Both the position numbers and the translations under genes were made by a program. DNA of 64,000 bases from an uncultured Gemmatimonadales bacterium (GTDB lineage Bacteria > Gemmatimonadota > Gemmatimonadetes > Gemmatimonadales > GWC2-71-9), in assembly GCA_963798915.1 (NCBI GenBank), contig CAWCVB010000001.1, positions 32,001-96,000 of the forward strand, in the 5' to 3' direction. Shown in pieces: positions 57,909 to 64,000 of the stretch; position 1 is the stretch's first letter, and every line of letters starts with the position of its first letter. The notes beneath the pieces were generated by a model. The model was not told the origin of the DNA. It saw only the letters and a program-made list of their open reading frames with translations, and ran no database searches.

Positions 57909-58000
57909 GCCGCCGAGCTCACCAACCAATTGACTTCCTTCCGGAACCCGAATAAATCCCCCATCCTTCCTGTCCCGTCCATTGCGGAGGCTCGACGCCA

Positions 58001-59047
58001 GTGACCGACCGACTTTCACGCCGGACCTTCATCGGGACCGCTGGCGCCGTGGCCGCGGCGGCCGCGGTGCCTGGTGCCGCGCTCGCGGCCATGCCCTCCC
58101 CGGCGATCATCCGCCCGGGCGCGAGCCGGTTTGCCGCCGTCTCCTCCGGCAATGGACTGCGCGCCGTCCAGAAAGCGTTTGACCTCTCCTCGCAGGGCGC
58201 CGACACGCTGGACGCGGCCGTCGAGGGCGTCAAGATCCAGGAGCTCGACCCCCGCGACCAGTCGGTCGGCTACGGCGGCTTTCCCAACGAGGACGGCGTG
58301 GTGCAGCTCGATGCCTCGTGCATGCACGGCCCCACACGGCGGGCCGGAGCGGTGGGCGCCATCGAGGGCATCAAGACGCCAAGTGAGGTGGCACGTCTGG
58401 TCCTCAAGTACACCAATCACATCATGCTGGTGGGCGAAGGCGCCAAGCGGTTTGCCCTGTCGTACGGCTTCAAGGAAGAGGAGCTGCTCACGCCCGAGAC
58501 GCGGGAGGCCTGGCTCAACTGGCGCGCCAATCGCGGCGGCAAGGATGACTGGCTGGACGTGCCCGATGCCGAGAAGATGGTGCACCGCCCCACCGGCACC
58601 ATCAATCTCGATATCGTCGACACCAAGGGGGACCTTTCCTCGATCACGACCACCAGTGGAACGGCCTTCAAGATTCCGGGCCGGGTCGGCGACTCTCCGC
58701 TGATCGGTGCCGGGCAGTACTGCGACAATGCGATCGGTGCGGCGGGTTCGACTGGCCGGGGCGAATCCAACATCATGGCATGCGGCGCATTCCTCACGGT
58801 GGAGGAGATGCGGCGCGGCGCCAAGCCGACCGACGCCTGCATGGCGACCCTGAAGCGGGTGCTGGCCCTCACGCCACCCCGCCTGCTCACGTCCGACGGG
58901 CGCCCCGATTTCGGCCTCACCTTCTACGCCGTCAACAAGCGGGGCGATTTCGGGGCAGCGTCATTTTATCCCGTGCGCTACGCCGCACACGATGGCCGGG
59001 AAGGCGCGCTCCGCGATGCCGCCACCATGTACGAGGGCGGTCCGTGA
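58001..59047 (+). CDS. Tat-exported Ntn-hydrolase, asparaginase-2 family (glycosylasparaginase/isoaspartyl peptidase)
   Basis: SRRTFIG Tat motif, SVGYGGFP, QLDASCM, GTI (nucleophile Thr), TTTSG, GRVGDSPLIGAG, STGRGE. Confidence 0.9.
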   Translation: MTDRLSRRTFIGTAGAVAAAAAVPGAALAAMPSPAIIRPGASRFAAVSSGNGLRAVQKAFDLSSQGADTLDAAVEGVKIQELDPRDQSVGYGGFPNEDGVVQLDASCMHGPTRRAGAVGAIEGIKTPSEVARLVLKYTNHIMLVGEGAKRFALSYGFKEEELLTPETREAWLNWRANRGGKDDWLDVPDAEKMVHRPTGTINLDIVDTKGDLSSITTTSGTAFKIPGRVGDSPLIGAGQYCDNAIGAAGSTGRGESNIMACGAFLTVEEMRRGAKPTDACMATLKRVLALTPPRLLTSDGRPDFGLTFYAVNKRGDFGAASFYPVRYAAHDGREGALRDAATMYEGGP

Positions 59048-60219
59048 CGCGAACCGCCCGGCTCGGCGCGCTGCTGATAGTGCTGTGCGCCGCTCACAGG
59101 GTGGATGCGCAGGATTCGGTGGTCCCGCTCCCCGTCCCGGCCGACACCATGGCAGTGCAGCAGTCGCCCTGGCTGCTGAGCTATTTCCCCTATGTCGCCG
59201 GCGGGGCCGGTGGCGGCCCCGTGCTGATCGGACGGATCCGCTATTTCCAGCCGGCCACATGGCAGAACCGGGTAACCTATCGCGAGGCCGTGGCAGTCGA
59301 GGCCGGCATCGGCCTGCACGGCTCGCACCTCGCCCGGGTGGTCGCGAACGCCCCGCTGCTTGCGCCTGGCTGGCGCGCCACCGCCCGGCTGAGCGCGGTC
59401 CGAAACACCCGGGCCAGGTTCTACGGGCTGGGCAACGACACCGAGCGAAGCGACGCTCGGCTGGCCGCCGATGAATTTGCCTACCAGAACCACCACACCA
59501 GCTACGCCGGCGAGGCGGAACTTTCCCGGCGCATCACGGGTCCGTTCTGGGCCGCAGCCGGCGGTGGCGTTGCCCACGACCGCTTCTATTCCCTGTCGGA
59601 CGGCTCGGAATTCGCCACCGCGTTTGGCAGCCAGCTCACCAGCACCGACGTGCACGGCAAGCTCGAGCTGGTGCTCGATACCCGTGACACCGAATGGGAC
59701 CCGATGCGCGGCGTGGTCGCCGAGGCGGGCGTGGAACAGGGTTCGGGTGGCGATGGATACACCCGGCTGTTCGGGGCCGTGCGCGGCTACTACGACATCT
59801 TGCCTGGCACCGTGTTCGCCGCGCGAGTGGCCGCCTCCGACCTGCACGGTTCCCCGCCGCTTGCCGCGCTCCTCCAGCTCCCCACCTGGGAATCCCCTCT
59901 TGGCGTGTACGGCGGCAGCCACACCAACCGTGGCCTGGATCGGCACCGGCTGATCGGCACCGGCGTGCTCATGGGAAGCGCTGAAGTGCGCCAGCATCTG
60001 ACGACGATCAAGAACGCGGTGGGCATCGGTCTGGTTGGCTTTGTGGATGCCGGGCGAGTTTTCGAGGGCGAGCGTCTGCGGCTCACGACCGACGACCTTG
60101 CCGTGTCAGGGGGCGGCGGTGTGGTGCTTCGGATCCTGCGCGCCAACATGGTGGTCTTCAACCTGGCCGCTGGCCCGGACGGGGCCCGGTTCAGCGCCTC
60201 CGGGGGCTGGGCGTTTTAG
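59044..60219 (+). CDS. Omp85 (BamA/TamA) family beta-barrel without POTRA domains
   Basis: Signal peptide, LDTRD...P.RG, GG...NRG loop-6-like motif, SAEVR, FVDAGRV, terminal F; GTGA overlap. Confidence 0.8.
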   Translation: MTRTARLGALLIVLCAAHRVDAQDSVVPLPVPADTMAVQQSPWLLSYFPYVAGGAGGGPVLIGRIRYFQPATWQNRVTYREAVAVEAGIGLHGSHLARVVANAPLLAPGWRATARLSAVRNTRARFYGLGNDTERSDARLAADEFAYQNHHTSYAGEAELSRRITGPFWAAAGGGVAHDRFYSLSDGSEFATAFGSQLTSTDVHGKLELVLDTRDTEWDPMRGVVAEAGVEQGSGGDGYTRLFGAVRGYYDILPGTVFAARVAASDLHGSPPLAALLQLPTWESPLGVYGGSHTNRGLDRHRLIGTGVLMGSAEVRQHLTTIKNAVGIGLVGFVDAGRVFEGERLRLTTDDLAVSGGGGVVLRILRANMVVFNLAAGPDGARFSASGGWAF

Positions 60220-60304
60220 AAGGCGGGAAGTCGGGAAGGCGGGAAGCCATTCTCTTCACCTTGCGTTCACGATTTCTTCCCCATGGCCGGGCCATTTTGT
60301 CACC

Positions 60305-60832
60305 ATGGCAAGCTGTGTGACAGACCTCGCCTTTCCGGCGCTCTGGGCATCGGCCATGGAGTTTGACCGCTTCGTGGACGAGGCATCCACCCGGCAGGAC
60401 CTCTGGCGGGCGGTGTATCGGCTGGCGCGGATCCCGGATTGGGCGCTGGATGAAGCCCGGGAACGGGCCGGCCTGCACCTGCTGGTGCTGGCAGAAGACT
60501 GGTGCGGTGACGCGTTCAACAGCATCCCGGTGCTTGCCCGCCTGGCCGACCTGTCCGGTCACATCGACCTGCGGCTTCTCCGCCGCGACGAGCACCCTGA
60601 CCTGATGGACCGCTACCTGACCGACGGAACCCGGTCGATTCCGATTGTCATCGTGCTGGATGAGGAATTTCGAGAGCTGGGACACTGGGGACCGAGGCCG
60701 TCCGAACTGCAGTGCTGGGCGCTGGAGCATGCCTCGATGCCGAAGGACGAAAGTTACCCGCTGATTCGTCGGTGGTATGCGCGGGACAAGGGTGAGACGA
60801 TGTTGCGGGAGGTGTTGGGGGTTAGGGGTTAG
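60305..60832 (+). CDS. Thioredoxin-fold protein (single-Cys WCGD type); start uncertain (60305, 60317 or 60356)
   Basis: LAEDWCGDA, LRRDEHPDLMD.YLT.GTRSIP, WGPRP. Confidence 0.85.
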   Translation: MASCVTDLAFPALWASAMEFDRFVDEASTRQDLWRAVYRLARIPDWALDEARERAGLHLLVLAEDWCGDAFNSIPVLARLADLSGHIDLRLLRRDEHPDLMDRYLTDGTRSIPIVIVLDEEFRELGHWGPRPSELQCWALEHASMPKDESYPLIRRWYARDKGETMLREVLGVRG

Positions 60833-60926
60833 GGATTGGGGAATAGGGCAGAGGGATTAGGGATAGGGGTTGGGCGGCGCGTCAACCCTGGCCCCTAACC
60901 CCCCAATTCCTAACCCCTATACCCTA
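60817..60926. repeat. Inverted G-rich/C-rich heptamer-like arrays, (TAGGGGT/TAGGGAT)n ... (CCCCTAA)n
   Basis: Read directly; both convergent stop codons lie within the arrays. Confidence 0.85.
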
Positions 60927-62066
60927 CACCCGCTCTTCAATCACGATCCCCCGCTTGGCCAGCGCTTCCACGTAACCCTTGAACGGCATTGCTTCATCGG
61001 GCGTATGCACGCCTTTGAGCGTGACGCGGCCGTCGGCCTGCATCTGGCCGGTGACGGACAGCGAGTAGCCGGTGGTGCGCTCCATGGCGCTGATGCCGTG
61101 CTCCTCATCGTAATAGTCCAGCAGCTGGAAGACCGTGCTGGCCGGTTCCCCATTCTTGATCCCCGAAACACTTACCCGCAGCGCCACCAGGTCGCGCCCT
61201 TCCGGCTTGAACAGCTTGGGACGGACCGCGGCGATGAAGACATCGCGCGGGACAATCCTGGTGCCCTTGACGTCAATCGGCTCGTTGCTGATGAGACCCA
61301 ATTCGCGAATGGGCCGCATCACATCGACGTGCCCGGGATAGCGGAGTGTCTTGTATTCCATGACGTCCACCTTGCCTTCATAGGCAAACGGCATGGTGCT
61401 GATGCCACCGCCGGTGTGGAACGCCTCCAGTTGGCCGACCGGCTGGGGAAATTCGACCGTCTCCAGTTCACTGAGCGCATCCACCTGCACCGGCTTGCCG
61501 CCCCGGAGTACCCATGACGGCGTGGTGTAGTAGTCCAGCGCGCCCTCGAGCGAATACACGATCTGATAATTGAGCGGTGGCTCGGGATGCTGCGGCAGGC
61601 CTCCGACAAAGATCTTGACCTTCTCCGCGCGGTCCAGCCGCCGAATCCCCTCGGCGGCGAGGATGTTGACCATGCCCGGCGCAAGGCCGCAGTCGGGAAT
61701 GACCGAGAGGCCCTTGGCTGACGCCGCGCCATCGAGCTTCTTCTGCTCCATGACAATTTCGGTGTTGCCGCCGAGATCCGAAAAATGGCAGCCGGCCTCG
61801 ACCGCGAGCCGAGCCATGGTGGCGTTGAAGTAGTATGGCAGCGCGCTCATCACCGAGTCGTGCCCCTGCATGAGCGCCAGCGCCGCACGCTCATCATTGG
61901 CGTCCAGCTTCACGGTCATGAGTCGCCGGTCGCGGGTCCCGAGCCAGGAAGGAAGCTTGTCCGGCATGATGTCCGCGATGGTCACCGACTCGACTGCCTG
62001 GTTGTGCAGCAGATCGAACGCGCAGGCGGAGCCCTGAAGCCCACCACCCAATACCAGCATCTTCAT
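60924..62066 (-). CDS. Saccharopine dehydrogenase / lysine 6-dehydrogenase family oxidoreductase
   Basis: VLGGGLQG Rossmann motif, SALPY, DLGG, DCGLAPG, VGGLP, YKTLRYPGH, AMERTTG. Confidence 0.9.
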   Translation of the reverse strand: MKMLVLGGGLQGSACAFDLLHNQAVESVTIADIMPDKLPSWLGTRDRRLMTVKLDANDERAALALMQGHDSVMSALPYYFNATMARLAVEAGCHFSDLGGNTEIVMEQKKLDGAASAKGLSVIPDCGLAPGMVNILAAEGIRRLDRAEKVKIFVGGLPQHPEPPLNYQIVYSLEGALDYYTTPSWVLRGGKPVQVDALSELETVEFPQPVGQLEAFHTGGGISTMPFAYEGKVDVMEYKTLRYPGHVDVMRPIRELGLISNEPIDVKGTRIVPRDVFIAAVRPKLFKPEGRDLVALRVSVSGIKNGEPASTVFQLLDYYDEEHGISAMERTTGYSLSVTGQMQADGRVTLKGVHTPDEAMPFKGYVEALAKRGIVIEERV

Positions 62067-62306
62067 CAATGGCCTCGGAATTCCGGTTTCTGAAGCAGCG
62101 TCAGCGGCGCGAAAGCCCCGCAAGATAGCGGCCCCCCGGGCCGGCGTTCAACCCGAGGAGATAGCATCGTAAATTGTGGCATGGAGCGCGCTTCAGGGCC
62201 CCGGCGGATGCGGTCGGCGGCAGCCGCGGGAGACGATGCCGAGCGAACAATCAAGCGGAACTGCGATGCGCGCCCGGCGCAGGGCGGAATAGCGTAGTTG
62301 CAGGTG

Positions 62307-63086
62307 CTACTCAACCGTGCCCGGGAAATAGGTGACTGAGATGGGACTCGCTGCGTCACCCTCAAGCCGCAGCACCCGCGCCGCCCCGCCGCCCAGGGGC
62401 CTGATCTCGAGCTTGTCATTACGGATCAAGGCCAGCGAGTCGCTGCCCCAGCGCGCTGGCGCCGACGCGCCCGGCGCGAGCGGCGCCCGCCGCCCATCGC
62501 GGGTCTCCACACAGAAGCGACTCCCTGCGGTGTCGCACGAAGTGATGCTGGCAAACACGGGCGATCCCAGCAGGACGCGGAGCGCCGAGTCGGCGCGGGC
62601 CCGCTCCCCCGGCGGCACCCGCTCTGCCACCGCTGATGCCGGCGGCGCCGGCCAGTGCCAGAGTCCCGTCGCGGTCTCGGCGTAGATCGTCCGGCCGTCG
62701 CTCGACCAGGCGACCTGCCGCAGTGTTTCGTCCACCGAATCGGGAAGCGCCAGCTCACGCTCGCCGCCACCCAACAGGTTGATGACCCAGATGCTTGCGC
62801 GTCCCGACTGGCCTGCTGCCGGCCCGCGGATAAAGGCCAGCATGCCGCCTTCCGGCGAGAGCGCCGGCGCCGATTCGCGGACCGGGGTCCAGGTCAACCG
62901 CACCACTTCATTGCCGGCGCCTACCACCGCGTAGAGGTCGCCCCCGCCGGCTCCGTCAGCCGCGACCACGGCGTACGGGTCCTTGCCCACCTGCGCCTTG
63001 CCGCGCAGCGGCGGGAGGGAGCAGGCGGTCAGCAGGGTCGCGGCGGTGAGGAGAAGAGCACGGAGTGGTTGACGGTCGACGGTCAA
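62307..63086 (-). CDS. Lipoprotein with PD40/TolB-like beta-propeller repeats; start uncertain (TTG 63086 proposed)
   Basis: Lipobox LTAC, ESAPALSPEGGMLAF, VAWSSDGRTI. Confidence 0.7.
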   Translation of the reverse strand: MTVDRQPLRALLLTAATLLTACSLPPLRGKAQVGKDPYAVVAADGAGGGDLYAVVGAGNEVVRLTWTPVRESAPALSPEGGMLAFIRGPAAGQSGRASIWVINLLGGGERELALPDSVDETLRQVAWSSDGRTIYAETATGLWHWPAPPASAVAERVPPGERARADSALRVLLGSPVFASITSCDTAGSRFCVETRDGRRAPLAPGASAPARWGSDSLALIRNDKLEIRPLGGGAARVLRLEGDAASPISVTYFPGTVE

Positions 63087-63335
63087 CGGTCGACGGCGGA
63101 GGACCGGTGGAGGGCGACCCGCGGGCCGCCCGTACGAGGCCGAGCGAAGCTTGCCACACGGTGTCATTGCGAGCACGCCCTTCGGGCGTGCGAAGCAATC
63201 TTGCGGCCCGACCGCGATCTTCGGGCCGATGTCGGCTCGCACCACCGCTGCCATCCTAGACTCATCTGGACTCCGTCGGGACATTCTTTTGGGGCGGCAA
63301 GCTTTGGTCGACCGTTGACCGTCGACCGTCGACCG
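63067..63335. repeat. Composite element: (GACGGTC)n array, linker, GTCATTGCGAG...GAAGCAATC arm (63163-63200), inverted (GACCGTC)n array (63307-63335)
   Basis: Read directly. Confidence 0.85.
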
Positions 63336-63341
63336 ATCCCA

Positions 63342-64000
63342 TCAATGCCCCAGGTGCTCCCGATAGAAGTTCAGGATACGGGTCCAGGCACGATCCACCT
63401 CGGGGCCATCGGAACCGATCCGGCCCGGCTTGAGGAATCCGTGGCCGGTGCCGGGATACACCTCGGTGACGTAGCGCTTGCCCGAGTTGCGCATGAACGC
63501 TTCAACCCTCGGCAGGTCCTGATTGATGCGCCCGTCCTTCTCACCGTACACGCCGAGCACCGGCGCCTTGATGCGGACGAGGCCGGCGCTGTCGGGCGCC
63601 GGGCCGTAGCAGACCACCACGGCCTGGAGCTTCGGGTTGTTGGTGGCATAGCGGAAACTCTGGCCACCACCCCAGCAGAAGCCGATCGTGGCTACGTCGC
63701 CGGGACGCACCGCCGGCTGGTCATTGAGCCATGCGTAGGCGGCATCGAGATCAGCCGTGATGCTGTCCGGATTGAGCTGGGCGATGAGCTTGCGGCCCGA
63801 GTCGGGATCGGTGGGGCTCATGCCGAAGCGTCGCGAGAGCAGGTCGGGCACGATGGCGACATAGCCATTGCCGGCAAGCTTGTCGGCCACCGTCGGCTCC
63901 CAGTCGGTGAGGCCGAAGATTTCATGAATGACGATGATGGCCGGGGCACGGTCGGAGCGCTCGGGATAGGCCACGTAGGCGCGGACCGAATCGGCGCCGC
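63342..64000 (-). CDS. Dienelactone hydrolase family protein (5' end beyond the window)
   Basis: IHEIFG, VPDL, GFCWGG nucleophile, YGEKD, GHGF. Confidence 0.92.
   Translation of the reverse strand, partial: GADSVRAYVAYPERSDRAPAIIVIHEIFGLTDWEPTVADKLAGNGYVAIVPDLLSRRFGMSPTDPDSGRKLIAQLNPDSITADLDAAYAWLNDQPAVRPGDVATIGFCWGGGQSFRYATNNPKLQAVVVCYGPAPDSAGLVRIKAPVLGVYGEKDGRINQDLPRVEAFMRNSGKRYVTEVYPGTGHGFLKPGRIGSDGPEVDRAWTRILNFYREHLGH

Noticed and set aside
60817..60874. Eukaryotic telomere or contamination
   Set aside because: Only a few imperfect TTAGGG units, embedded in bacterial gene ends and paired with an inverted copy like the other local arrays.

Overview
High-GC (roughly two-thirds G+C by eye) bacterial chromosomal segment, densely coding, with about 50 genes. 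The gene set suggests Gemmatimonadota, but that is an inference. No rRNA, tRNA, CRISPR array, transposase or integrase was recognised. Housekeeping and envelope genes: MacAB-like ABC exporter, fabH, prfC, leuS, DUF1015-serA-serC-sseA, mreB, a class A PBP, efp, pncB-pncA, an L,D-transpeptidase and an ECF sigma/anti-sigma/PDZ module. Highlights: (1) A six-gene cyanophycin operon (hydrolase-DUF4031-iadA-cphB-cphA) ends in a second cphA-derived gene. This gene keeps the N-terminal region and an apparently intact Mur-ligase domain but lacks ~265 aa of the ATP-grasp domain, the mirror image of CphA2. (2) Many intergenic spaces carry a modular repeat system: 7-9-bp tandem arrays that start at, or supply, stop codons; a conserved CGAAGYTCGCC-like linker; optional palindromic cassettes (three 94-bp copies and a 57-bp element with a compensatory base pair); and an inverted array before the next gene. 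(3) Two paralogous GYF_2-like bitopic membrane proteins bracket a stand-alone MreB with a Pro-rich N-terminal extension and a translationally coupled diguanylate cyclase-PBP1A pair. (4) A LigD-like ligase has lost its recognisable catalytic residues and sits downstream of a DnaA-box/IHF-like cluster. (5) The EF-P has a PGNL loop. Two single-base frameshifts (MCP gene, molybdo-oxidoreductase gene) are probably assembly errors. All family calls come from motif recognition by eye, not database searches.
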